Source: Candidatus Kaiserbacteria bacterium
Lineage (GTDB): Bacteria; Patescibacteriota; Minisyncoccia; Phycocordibacterales; UBA918
DNA: 34,847 nt
Direction of reading: 5' to 3'
Assembly (NCBI GenBank): GCA_043771035.1
Contig: JAYVHQ010000020.1
Coordinates: 1 to 34,847 of the forward strand
Shown here: piece by piece, positions 16,268-25,325 of the stretch
Numbering within the stretch: the first letter of the stretch is position 1
How the letters are laid out: every line of letters starts with the position of its first letter
Position numbers and translations under genes: made by a program
Notes under the pieces: model-generated
Database searches by the model: none
What the model was told of the DNA's origin: nothing
Seen by the model: only the letters and a program-made list of their open reading frames with translations

Positions 16268-17089
16268 ATGACAAAAAAGCAGCAAGCTTTTGTTGACACC
16301 GTAAAAAAATTTTATACCGCCCATGGTCGGCATGATTTACCGTGGCGACAGACACATGACCCCTATAAAATACTGGTTTCGGAAGTCATGTTACAGCAAA
16401 CCCAGGTGGCGCGTGTGATACCAAAATACGCTGAATTCTTGAGTTTATTCCCAACGGTACAAGCGCTCGCGGAAGCTCCTCTTGGGGCAGTTTTAACCGT
16501 GTGGCAGGGCTTGGGATACAATAGACGGGCAAAGTTGCTCCACCTTTGTGCACAAGCGATTATAAGGGAGTATAAAGGGGAGTGGCCTTACGATATTGCT
16601 ACGCTTAAATCTTTACCAGGTATCGGTCCCTATACTGCCGGTGCTGTAGCAGCCTTTGCTTTCTCAATGCCCTCAACAATCATTGAAACCAATATTAGGA
16701 CAGTCTATCTCCAGCACTTTTTCCCAGATGAGACAGCCGTACCTGATTCGTTGCTGCTACCGGTAATTACTAGCACCCTTGATCAAGCAAACCCGAGAGA
16801 TTGGTACTACGCTGTGATGGATTATGGGAGTCATCTCAAGCAAACAATTGGTAACAAAAACACCCAAAGCAAGCACTACACCAAGCAGTCAAAATTTGTT
16901 GGCAGCGACCGCCAAATCCGGGGCGCTATCATCCGGACGCTCAGTCAGGCAAAAACTAGTTTTACTCTTCCTGTTCTAACTAAACAGCTGGGTGCAATCG
17001 AGCCAGAGCGTCTTACACACCAACTGCAAAAACTCGTCACCGAGAACATGGTTCAAAAAGTCGGTAGTCGGTACGGTTTACCGCAGTAA
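16268..17089 (+). CDS. mutY: A/G-specific adenine glycosylase, short form lacking the Fe-S cysteines
   Basis: LPWR, SEVMLQQTQV, WQGLGYNRRA, HhH LPGIGPYTA, ETN. Confidence 0.85.
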   Translation: MTKKQQAFVDTVKKFYTAHGRHDLPWRQTHDPYKILVSEVMLQQTQVARVIPKYAEFLSLFPTVQALAEAPLGAVLTVWQGLGYNRRAKLLHLCAQAIIREYKGEWPYDIATLKSLPGIGPYTAGAVAAFAFSMPSTIIETNIRTVYLQHFFPDETAVPDSLLLPVITSTLDQANPRDWYYAVMDYGSHLKQTIGNKNTQSKHYTKQSKFVGSDRQIRGAIIRTLSQAKTSFTLPVLTKQLGAIEPERLTHQLQKLVTENMVQKVGSRYGLPQ

Positions 17090-17137
17090 AATTATTTTAC
17101 TGTGACTAGAGGTACAGTAAGTATAGTTAAAAAACAT

Positions 17138-17173
17138 ACGTATAATGTAGCGGTTAACCGCTACATTATACGT
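17138..17173. repeat. 36-bp perfect palindrome between convergent genes
   Basis: ACGTATAATGTAGCGGTT|AACCGCTACATTATACGT. Confidence 0.9.
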
Positions 17174-17254
17174 GGAAGTTATACCTCTCTGCTAACAGAA
17201 AGGTTGGACGAGTTACATATTTAATTTTCCATCTTCTATTTTCAATATTCAATT

Positions 17255-18454
17255 TTATCTTGTGTCTTCAATTCCAAGTGTCAAAAAGATACCGATGACC
17301 ATGACAAAACCTAAGACGATAAAAGCCAGATGGAAAGGCATGATGGCGAGGCAGAGGCTACCCAGGAGCGAGCCGGCGAGAACAGCCAGCGGACGGGTGA
17401 GTCTAAAGACGCTCATCAGGTTGGCGTCTTGGCCGCTAACTTTTTTGAAGAAGTAGCTTTCGGTAGTGACTTCAACCAAGCTGGCACCAATTCGACTACA
17501 AAACATCAGAATCATCCAGGGAATCAGCACAGCCGTCGTCATAAATGAGATGCTTGATACCGTAATCGCGAGAATTAGAAAGCCGATAGCCATCATTTCT
17601 TTTTCGCCAAAATAATTATCAGCCAGGATACCAATCGGGTATTCAAAGAGAACATAGGCGAGGAGTCCAGCGGCAATAATGGCGCCAATAGACGACCAAG
17701 GTAGTCCAATGACACTAGCGAGATACAATGGGAAGTAGACAACTGTCCAAGTGAAAAATATTTGGAGAAGAAAGTGAGTTGCCAACACCAATTTAATCGC
17801 TTTATTCTCCCAACATTGACGGATGAGCGGCTTGAGCTTTATTTTGTGATAGAGCGGATCAACAAAACCGCGAAAGGCAGCTATGACAATCAAACTAAAG
17901 ACCACCCCAACGCCAATGGCGATAAAATATAGCTGGGCTAGGTTATCGCCTTCACCCACCATGTAACTAATAGTCAGCGGTGCACATAAGGCGGCGAGGC
18001 TCATGAGTGACAATGTCAGTCCGCGCACATGTCCGGTCGCGCCCTCATTTTTACCAATTAAAGTCTCAGTAAAGATGTCGATATTTAAATAAATCAAGGG
18101 ATTAATAATCAAGAACAAAATAAGACCAAGTATAACCAGTGGTGCAGATAGACCAATTCCCATCAGGGCGAGAGTTCCCATCGAAATGATCATCAAACCT
18201 ATTGTGACCAGGAAATTGCCGAATCGTTTAAGTAAGCTCGGCAAAAAAATAAAAATCAGTAGCGAACCAATTGAACCAATTGAGTATATGAGTCCGATGT
18301 GTCTGACATCAATAAACTCACCAAGGTACGTCGGACTGGTGTATGACACGACGAGGGTGTGGAAGTTGAAAATAACTGCAATCAGATAGACAAACCAAAA
18401 TTTAATTTTATGCGGCGGCTGGGTAGTCTCAGTCGGCTTACGGTAAAAGTACAT
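17255..18454 (-). CDS. MFS transporter
   Basis: About 12 TM; GILADNYFGEK motif-A-like loop. Confidence 0.85.
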   Translation of the reverse strand: MYFYRKPTETTQPPHKIKFWFVYLIAVIFNFHTLVVSYTSPTYLGEFIDVRHIGLIYSIGSIGSLLIFIFLPSLLKRFGNFLVTIGLMIISMGTLALMGIGLSAPLVILGLILFLIINPLIYLNIDIFTETLIGKNEGATGHVRGLTLSLMSLAALCAPLTISYMVGEGDNLAQLYFIAIGVGVVFSLIVIAAFRGFVDPLYHKIKLKPLIRQCWENKAIKLVLATHFLLQIFFTWTVVYFPLYLASVIGLPWSSIGAIIAAGLLAYVLFEYPIGILADNYFGEKEMMAIGFLILAITVSSISFMTTAVLIPWMILMFCSRIGASLVEVTTESYFFKKVSGQDANLMSVFRLTRPLAVLAGSLLGSLCLAIMPFHLAFIVLGFVMVIGIFLTLGIEDTR

Positions 18455-18551
18455 AGTATTACTAGTGTACTAGAGGGAGAGTGAATATTGAATCTGGATT
18501 AGTGAATAGAGTGAAGAGAAAATGATAAACAATCTGGAAAAAATAAAGACT

Positions 18552-18657
18552 TGGATTGCCACGTCAATTCCGCATTCGCTCCATTGCCTCGCAAAGACAT
18601 TGGAAATGCAATGCTGTTCGTCTTTGCGAGGAGGAGGTACGACGACGTGGCAATCCA
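18552..18657. repeat. inverted pair of CGTC-type REP-like repeats
   Basis: TGGATTGCCACG...CTCGCAAAGACA (18552-18599) and CGTCTTTGCGAG...CGTGGCAATCCA (18619-18657). Confidence 0.7.
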
Positions 18658-18674
18658 CGGTGTTATTCAATAAT

Positions 18675-18709
18675 ACAAAACACCGCAAACTAAGTTTGCG
18701 GTGTTTTGT
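18675..18709. terminator. strong hairpin, probable terminator downstream of rnj
   Basis: ACAAAACACCGCAAAC-taa-GTTTGCGGTGTTTTGT. Confidence 0.7.
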
Positions 18710-18732
18710 TTCTTACTTTGTTAAGTGGTCGT

Positions 18733-18937
18733 TGGACCTTTGTAGGTGAGTACAGTGCTAGTGAGAAGTGACCTGATGTCACTTCGCAAGACTCATTGAG
18801 GGATTTTGAAAAAATACCCAATGAGTGGACAGTTCCTGTAAGGAAGTGCAAAAAAATTTTGTGGAGACGTACTGCTTGTACGGCAGAATAAAATTTTCGC
18901 AGCAACGACAACGCAATGTGCCGTTTCTGGAAGTTCA
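18733..18937 (-). repeat. second copy of the MITE-like host repeat, carrying one GTGAG element
   Basis: Reverse complement ACTTCCAGAAACGGCACATT...CTGCGAAAAT...CCGTACAAGCAGTACG aligns with 10621-10770. Confidence 0.55.
18761..18846 (+). mobile_element. GTGAG three-hairpin element, copy 5 (subtype B)
   Basis: P1 GAAGTGAC/GTCACTTC, P2 ACTCATTG/CAATGAGT, P3 TTCCT/AGGAA. Confidence 0.85.
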
Positions 18938-18939
18938 CG

Positions 18940-21021
18940 CTAAATACCGATTAGGACAGGGATGACCATTGGGGACTTTTGGGTTCTTTGCATCAAGAAA
19001 CTCTGAACTGTCTCAGTCAACTCATCTTTAACGTAATCCAGGTCAATTGGGTTCATGCGTTCGGTATGCTTTTCAATCGTCTTTTTAATCAAAACTCGGG
19101 CTTCAGATAAAAGCTGTTGGTTTTCACGGAGGTAGACGAAGCCACGAGAGATGATGTCTGGTGATTTGCGGAGTTTACCGGTTTTGGCATTGACGGTGGC
19201 GATAATCACGAACATACCATCTTCGGCAAGTGATAAACGATCACGCAAGACTACTTCTTGCCTGGTACCAACGGTAAAGCCATCAACTAATACTTGTTCA
19301 TTTGGAATCTTAACTTTGTGACGAGTAAGCTCGGTTCCGTTTTTGATATCGATGATTGAACCATTGTCAGGGACAGCGACATTCTCACGGGGGAAGCCAT
19401 TTTCTACCGCCACAAACATGTGCGTTTTGACGTGGTAGTGGTGACCATGAACGGGAATCAGGAAGCGCGGCTTGACGGCTTTGTGTACCCATACGAGCTC
19501 ACCGGCGTTGCCGTGGCCTGAGGCGTGGACGTGAGACCCTTGGAAGTTCATTACACGGACGTTTTGGCGATAGATATTGTCTTTTAGTTTTTGGACAGCG
19601 ACTTCATTCCCAGGAATAATCGATGAGGACAAGACAATTGTATCTCGTTCAGTGAGAACAATTTGTTTGTGCTTGCCGGTAGCCATACGCATCAAGGCGG
19701 CAAATTCTTCACCTTGGGCACCAGTAGACAGCACCACGATTTTGTCTGCCGGGTAATTAGAAATTTCACCAGCTGAAATAAAGGTATCGGGTTTTACTTC
19801 CATGAGTTTGGCGGTGATAGCGATATCAATGTTGGTCTTGATACTACGGCCTTCCATGACGACTTTTTTACCCATCGCTTCACAGCTTTTAATGACCGAA
19901 ACTAAACGATCAAACTGTGAGGCAAAGGTTCCGATAATTAATCGGCCGTTTGTGGTACGAATAATTTCATCAAGCGTCTTGTACACTTTAGCTTCAGCGA
20001 CTGAGAAGCCTGGGCGGTCGACGTTGGTCGAGTCGCACAAGAGGGCGATATTATTGTGATTACCAAGTTCCTCCCAAACAGTTTTTTCTTCGATGACGAC
20101 GTCATTATTGTCATCGGTGACGACTTTAATATCACCCGTGACCACAATGTCACCGTGTTTGGTTTCCACTGCCAAGCCCATCGCGTCAGGGATAGAGTGA
20201 GTAACCGGGAAAGTACGGATTTTGAATTTACCGACCGTAAATGTTTCACCCTCTTTCACAATCTGCATATTAACCGGCGCCATGCTCGGGAATTCTTCTT
20301 GACGCTTGAGAATCATGAGTGAAGTGAGGTACTGGGTCCAAATCGGCGGGTTACCGATACGTTCAAGGATAAACGGAATACCACCAATGTGGTCGAGGTG
20401 ACCGTGGGTGATAACCAGAGCGCGGATTTTGTCTTTGCGTTCCTCGAGGTATTGCGTGTTTGGTAGAATGTACTGAATACCTGGGGCGTTACTTTCGGCT
20501 GACACAAACCCGAAACCAGCATCGATCACAATAATGTCATCTTTGGTTTCGATAATGTTCATGTTGCGACCAATTTCTTCGACCCCTGATACGGTAATGA
20601 TGCGGACAGTGTCTTCGTCAGTGATTGGTGGAATAGCCGGATTTTTCTCATCACTGATCGTCATGCGGTGGGTGAGTGCCGGACTCGTCATAGGACGACG
20701 CCCTCTATCACCGCCACCATTGCGGCGTTTATTGCCACGACCAGGTTTTTTTGGTGCACCAGTAGCCTGTGTGCCTGCACTAGGACGAGTCCCGTGTGGT
20801 CTTGGGGTGTGGCTGTGGTTGCTTCCGTGACTTAAGGCGGCAGCTTCACCAGCTGGCCTGGGGGTAGTCGTTACGGGTGCGCCCGTCGCGCCAGCGGGTC
20901 TTGGACCACGATTTGGCGGGCGATTAAAATAGCGTCGCGCTGGTCTCGGGGCACCGCCTGGCGTAGCTTGGGCGACTGCTGGCCGAGGATTTGGATTGTT
21001 GTGCGGTTGAATGTTGTTCAT
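18940..21021 (-). CDS. rnj: ribonuclease J with a long disordered N-terminal extension
   Basis: GVEEIGRNM, THGHLDHIG, HSIPD, TGD, DSTN, HASGH, PVHG, SRGFVY. Confidence 0.95.
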   Translation of the reverse strand: MNNIQPHNNPNPRPAVAQATPGGAPRPARRYFNRPPNRGPRPAGATGAPVTTTPRPAGEAAALSHGSNHSHTPRPHGTRPSAGTQATGAPKKPGRGNKRRNGGGDRGRRPMTSPALTHRMTISDEKNPAIPPITDEDTVRIITVSGVEEIGRNMNIIETKDDIIVIDAGFGFVSAESNAPGIQYILPNTQYLEERKDKIRALVITHGHLDHIGGIPFILERIGNPPIWTQYLTSLMILKRQEEFPSMAPVNMQIVKEGETFTVGKFKIRTFPVTHSIPDAMGLAVETKHGDIVVTGDIKVVTDDNNDVVIEEKTVWEELGNHNNIALLCDSTNVDRPGFSVAEAKVYKTLDEIIRTTNGRLIIGTFASQFDRLVSVIKSCEAMGKKVVMEGRSIKTNIDIAITAKLMEVKPDTFISAGEISNYPADKIVVLSTGAQGEEFAALMRMATGKHKQIVLTERDTIVLSSSIIPGNEVAVQKLKDNIYRQNVRVMNFQGSHVHASGHGNAGELVWVHKAVKPRFLIPVHGHHYHVKTHMFVAVENGFPRENVAVPDNGSIIDIKNGTELTRHKVKIPNEQVLVDGFTVGTRQEVVLRDRLSLAEDGMFVIIATVNAKTGKLRKSPDIISRGFVYLRENQQLLSEARVLIKKTIEKHTERMNPIDLDYVKDELTETVQSFLMQRTQKSPMVIPVLIGI

Positions 21022-21048
21022 AAATATATAGTTAGTAATTATTAGTAA

Positions 21049-22791
21049 TTATTTAAAAAAGGGCCAAAGCTTCTCCTCACTCATGTTCCAGTCACTTACG
21101 TTCATAAAGCGTTCCTGAGGTCGGCTGATCTGCTCCATCGGCGTTATCTTTATAGTACTGTCATGGACGTAGACGAGCTGTGGGACGTAGAGGAAGGCGG
21201 CCGGGGTCTCGCGGCTAAAGATTTGTAAGGCGTCTTTCGTCGCAGTGATTTGTATTTCGGTGGAAGTGGCTACCCGAGCGCGGTCGAGTAAACGGTCGAC
21301 TTCAATATTTGCGTACTGCGAAATATTTAATCCAGGATCTTCTCGTTGCGATGAGTGCCAAAACGGATAGAGATCAACTGCTCGATTCATGTCGAGACCA
21401 AATAATAGCCCTTCAAAATCTCGTGGACGAATGACTGCTTGCAATAAATCACTTTGTTCAAATTGTTCTACCTGCACTTCTACTCCTAGTTCACGCCAGG
21501 CGCGGGCAATAAATTCCGTCGTTGCTTCAAATGAGGGTGTGTTGGCTGTTTTAAGAACTATAGAAAGTTTTTTAATTTCACCATCAATCCGTTTTTCCCA
21601 ACCACCGGTATTGTTCTTGATCCAGCCAGACCGTACGAGAATGGTCTCGGCACTTTGTTTCGCTGAACTAGTTCCTGCAGTTACTGTTTGACTCATTGAT
21701 TCTACCGCAGGGTGGTTGCTTGGTACAGGGTACTTTATGGGGACACCAAAACCAGACAAAGCCTCATCTACTAATAGGTCACGATCAATCGCGGTGGTGA
21801 GCGCTAAACGGACAGCGGTATCACGCAGGGCTGGTGACCGATTTTGATTAAAAAATATCGCAAAGACCCGCGGGAGGGGTTCAGTCATGATGCTGTAGGT
21901 ATTGCTGTCTTTGAGGGCGATAACATCAGCAACTGCTAGCTGAGCCGTGCTGGTTATTTCTTTATTGGCAAAGGCGCTGCCTAAAGCCTCTTCGTTTTGG
22001 TAAAAATGAACTTCAACAGTACCGATAATAACCGGCTTATTATTTGCGTATTTTTTTAACTCGTAGGTTGAAATAAGACCAGATTCATCTTTGCTGAAAC
22101 TGTCTATCATAAAAGGTCCAGAACCTATCGGTTCCGTATTTTTAATACTAAACGGCACTTGTTCTATCGGTAGATTGCTCCAAATATGCTTTGGCAAAAT
22201 ACCCAGGGTAAAGTTTTCTATAAAAGGAGTATATGATTTGGTCAGTAGAATATTAAGCTCATACTCCCCAATTTCTTCGACGGTGACATCAGACCAGTTA
22301 CCTCGCAGCGGGCTCTTGAGTTCGGCATTTTGCACGAGGCCAATCGTAAAAGCGACATCACGAGCCGTGACTGGCGTGTCGTCATGGAAACGTAGATTAT
22401 TTTTAAGAATAACATTATACGTTTTTCCGTCGTCTGAAACGGTAATACTATCGGCTAAATCCGGCACCAGATCGCCTTGGGGGTTAATTTTCATTAGCCC
22501 ACTATATATAAGAGCAGTCATGTCTTGGTCTGCTCGGGTCACTGCCAGAACCGGGTTGACAAAGCGGGGCGTGCCGATGACGCCTTCCTTGAGCGTACCT
22601 CCCGCCACCGGAGAGTTAGAACTATTGGCACTGCTCCACATAACACCAGCTGTGACGAGGGATCCTATAAGCGTAAAAAACAAAATACGCAAAATCAGCC
22701 GGTCGCTCGGGAGCTTGTTTTCTATAGTACCGATAAGTGAGCCAATAAGACTCATTCGTTTGGCAGGTGAGTGCGAGAATCGCAATTTCAT
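21049..22791 (-). CDS. ABC transporter substrate-binding protein, family 5 (peptide/nickel type)
   Basis: GGTLKEG, PDLA, FHD..VTARDVAFT, PIGSGPF, WHSSQ. Confidence 0.9.
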   Translation of the reverse strand: MKLRFSHSPAKRMSLIGSLIGTIENKLPSDRLILRILFFTLIGSLVTAGVMWSSANSSNSPVAGGTLKEGVIGTPRFVNPVLAVTRADQDMTALIYSGLMKINPQGDLVPDLADSITVSDDGKTYNVILKNNLRFHDDTPVTARDVAFTIGLVQNAELKSPLRGNWSDVTVEEIGEYELNILLTKSYTPFIENFTLGILPKHIWSNLPIEQVPFSIKNTEPIGSGPFMIDSFSKDESGLISTYELKKYANNKPVIIGTVEVHFYQNEEALGSAFANKEITSTAQLAVADVIALKDSNTYSIMTEPLPRVFAIFFNQNRSPALRDTAVRLALTTAIDRDLLVDEALSGFGVPIKYPVPSNHPAVESMSQTVTAGTSSAKQSAETILVRSGWIKNNTGGWEKRIDGEIKKLSIVLKTANTPSFEATTEFIARAWRELGVEVQVEQFEQSDLLQAVIRPRDFEGLLFGLDMNRAVDLYPFWHSSQREDPGLNISQYANIEVDRLLDRARVATSTEIQITATKDALQIFSRETPAAFLYVPQLVYVHDSTIKITPMEQISRPQERFMNVSDWNMSEEKLWPFFK

Positions 22792-22878
22792 ATAAATTAA
22801 AGGAGAATGACGTGCTTTAAAAGCACATTAAGGTGTGTAACAACAATAGAGCGTGATGTAATGGATGTGGTGTCTCGT

Positions 22879-23118
22879 TTAGACAACGATATTCAGAAGG
22901 GCAGACAAAACAAAGAGAATCGCAATACCAACAGAGAACTTAAACAAGAAAAGCTCGGCGCCACGGCGCTTATGAAAAGCAGAACTAAAGTTGTCACCAC
23001 CAAAGGCACCACCTAAGCTTGATCCTCGTTGTTGAAGTAAAATAGCGGCAATGAGTAGGACAGAGAGAATTATCTGTACGAACGGGAGTGCCGGTTGCAC
23101 TGTCTGTATGATTTCCAT
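22879..23118 (-). CDS. secG: preprotein translocase subunit SecG
   Basis: ILLQQRGSSLGGAFGG...KRRGAE, 2 TM; start at ATG 23118 with TATAGT 6 nt upstream. Confidence 0.9.
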   Translation of the reverse strand: MEIIQTVQPALPFVQIILSVLLIAAILLQQRGSSLGGAFGGDNFSSAFHKRRGAELFLFKFSVGIAILFVLSALLNIVV

Positions 23119-23232
23119 GTGAGCACTATAGTAGCACAGATACAAATAGAGTAAATAGGGGAGTGGTGGAAGTGCCGCTTGCTAATTTTCTACGAATAAT
23201 AACAGCTATCCAATTGCAATCTTCGTCTTTGC

Positions 23233-23390
23233 GTGAGAAAGTCTGGGAGACTTTTTCAAGAGTGAGCTATGACCTAAGTCATAGCGCAAGACTTTATGAG
23301 GAGCTTTGCTTCCATAAAGTGGACAGTTCCTGTAGGGAATGCCTGCTATTTTGAAAAAATAGCGACAACCTAAACAGCTTCTGTAAGAAG
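23233..23390 (+). mobile_element. GTGAG element copy 6 (subtype A), interrupted by copy 7
   Basis: 23233-23261 plus 23340-23390 reconstruct a subtype A copy. Confidence 0.8.
23262..23339 (+). mobile_element. GTGAG element copy 7 (divergent subtype), nested in copy 6
   Basis: GTGA-GCTATGAC/GTCATAGC-GCAAG-ACTTTATG/CATAAAGT-GGACAG-TTCCT/GGGAA. Confidence 0.8.
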
Positions 23391-23547
23391 GACAGGAGCA
23401 AAGCGGAAGGCTGTGGCAATCCACGTCGCCTCACGTCAACCATAGACAAAATCAAAATCCCATCGTATAGCCTTGCAATTTACTGTAACTGGTATAGGAT
23501 ACTCGTATTAGTGAGTGGTCGGGGTTATTACATTTAATTTTATACAT

Positions 23548-25320
23548 ATGTTTACTAAAAGTCTGAAGCGTGGAGTGACTTTATTGGCCGTTTTTTCAAT
23601 CATTACGAGTTTAGTGCCAGTGACTAACGTTGCAGCCCAAGAAGCCCCACGTTGTACAGTTGTCAGTAATGCCTTTGTTCAAGAAGGTGGCGCAGATAGT
23701 TCCATAGTTGAACGAAACCCAGTTTGGTTTGATATTACTGGGGCTAGTTGGATTTGGGGAGATGCTGACAATAATGTCTCAACCACGACCCAAACTTTCT
23801 CAAAGCGCTTTATTGTAAACGGAACATCTACTGCAGCCCTACTGACCGTAGCGGCAGACAATGGTTATTCTGTTAAAGTTAATGGTTCATCTGCTGGAGA
23901 TGATAAATCAACAATTGAAGACAATTTTCGTTCAGCTACTGAGGTAAATATCCTTTCAAAGCTCGTAATGAATGCTGAAAACTTAATTGAAATCACCGTT
24001 ACAAATTTTGATGTAACTGGTATCAATCCTGCTGGATTGGCTTTTAAGATTGCTATGGAAGGCAATACTTGTGATCCACTTCCACCTCCAGACCTCTGTA
24101 GCAATATTACAGGTCTTCAGAATCCAGTTCCAAGAGGTTACGAATTAGTCAGTGGTAAATGTGTCCCAACGACTATCACGGTGGGTACTATGGACAAGTC
24201 ATGTATTACTAGTAATGAAAACTTGTTAACTAACGGTTCATTTGAGGTCCCCGCTATTATTCCAAGTTACTCAGTTGTAAGCAGTGTCACTGGTTGGATT
24301 AGTTCAGTGTTAACAAATGGATTTGAGATTTGGCGTGGACAAGGTGGTCCAGCTTCAGCCGGTGACCAACACCTCGAACTTGATGTCAATATACCAACAA
24401 CCATCACACAATCGGTAGCAACAGAAATTGGTAATCAATATAAGGTAACACTCGACTTTTCACCACGAAGTGGCGGAAATGCGGCTGATAACAAGGTTGA
24501 AGTAGCGGTGGGTGGTGTTCTCGGTTCTGTCAGTGCTGACGGTTCAGTGTATCCAGCTAACGTTTGGACAACTCGCAATTTCCTCTTTACAGCAGCAACT
24601 ACTTCTTCACTTCTTGAATTACGCGATATGGGGAATAGTAATGGTCTAGGAACTCTAATTGACAACGTTAAAGTATGTTTGGTAACAGACAATACTCCAG
24701 ATGGAACAATCAAGGGTTTTAAATTTAATGATTCTAATGCTGACGGCGTTTTTACAAACGACGAGAGTAAGTTAGCTAATTGGGATATCGTACTTACCGA
24801 TAGTGAAGGTAACGAAAAGTTTGCTACTACCAATAGTGTTGGTGAATACATTTTTGATGTAAAGTCAGGTAGCTACACAGTGACAGAAACTCAGCAAAAA
24901 GGTTGGGAGCAAACAGCAACCCTCGTTTCAACTGGATCAACTGTCGTTGGTAATGCGTGTAAAATTACTGTGACCAAAGATGGTGGCGAAATCGGAGTCG
25001 GTGAAGGAGGAGGTTTCGAAGGTTCATTTGGTCCTCAAACATACACTTGTGACTTTGGCAATCGTCAAATTGATGAAGAAGAACCACGTCGTAGTGGCGG
25101 TGGTGGCGGAACTCGTGTCGGAGATCGCAACCCACGAACTCCAACTGGTGAAGTGCTCGGTGCATCAACCTCAACTCCAACCGGAGTAGTGCTTGGGGAT
25201 GCAACTTCTACTATGCCAGTAGGTGCTCCTAATACAGGAGCTGGTGGAGCGGCTCCACTAACGGTATCACTGCCAACTCTCGTTGCAATCTTGTCTACAA
25301 CGACTCGCAAGAGTAAATAA
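23548..25320 (+). CDS. secreted multidomain surface protein (lectin/CBM-like + DUF642-like + SdrD-B-like), probable class F sortase substrate
   Basis: Signal peptide; WIWGD/AADN/NPAGL domain; NLLTNGSFE..ELD..DNV domain; GFKFND..DG..LANW domain; C-terminal PVGAPNTGAGG + hydrophobic stretch + RKSK. Confidence 0.8.
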   Translation: MFTKSLKRGVTLLAVFSIITSLVPVTNVAAQEAPRCTVVSNAFVQEGGADSSIVERNPVWFDITGASWIWGDADNNVSTTTQTFSKRFIVNGTSTAALLTVAADNGYSVKVNGSSAGDDKSTIEDNFRSATEVNILSKLVMNAENLIEITVTNFDVTGINPAGLAFKIAMEGNTCDPLPPPDLCSNITGLQNPVPRGYELVSGKCVPTTITVGTMDKSCITSNENLLTNGSFEVPAIIPSYSVVSSVTGWISSVLTNGFEIWRGQGGPASAGDQHLELDVNIPTTITQSVATEIGNQYKVTLDFSPRSGGNAADNKVEVAVGGVLGSVSADGSVYPANVWTTRNFLFTAATTSSLLELRDMGNSNGLGTLIDNVKVCLVTDNTPDGTIKGFKFNDSNADGVFTNDESKLANWDIVLTDSEGNEKFATTNSVGEYIFDVKSGSYTVTETQQKGWEQTATLVSTGSTVVGNACKITVTKDGGEIGVGEGGGFEGSFGPQTYTCDFGNRQIDEEEPRRSGGGGGTRVGDRNPRTPTGEVLGASTSTPTGVVLGDATSTMPVGAPNTGAGGAAPLTVSLPTLVAILSTTTRKSK

Positions 25321-25325
25321 TCACC

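Larger units (their letters stand above)
23224..23424 (+). repeat. CGTC-type REP-like repeat split by nested GTGAG elements
   Basis: CGTCTTTGCG at 23224 and GTGGCAATCCAC at 23413 flank the insertion. Confidence 0.65.

Noticed and set aside
22091-22795. 234-aa plus-strand ORF and the other antisense/shadow ORFs in the track
   Set aside because: They overlap well-supported genes on the opposite strand or in another frame and show no recognisable motifs.
8349-23390. Repeats as a CRISPR array
   Set aside because: Copies are dispersed and about 80 bp long, with variable stems and no regular spacers; no cas genes are present.
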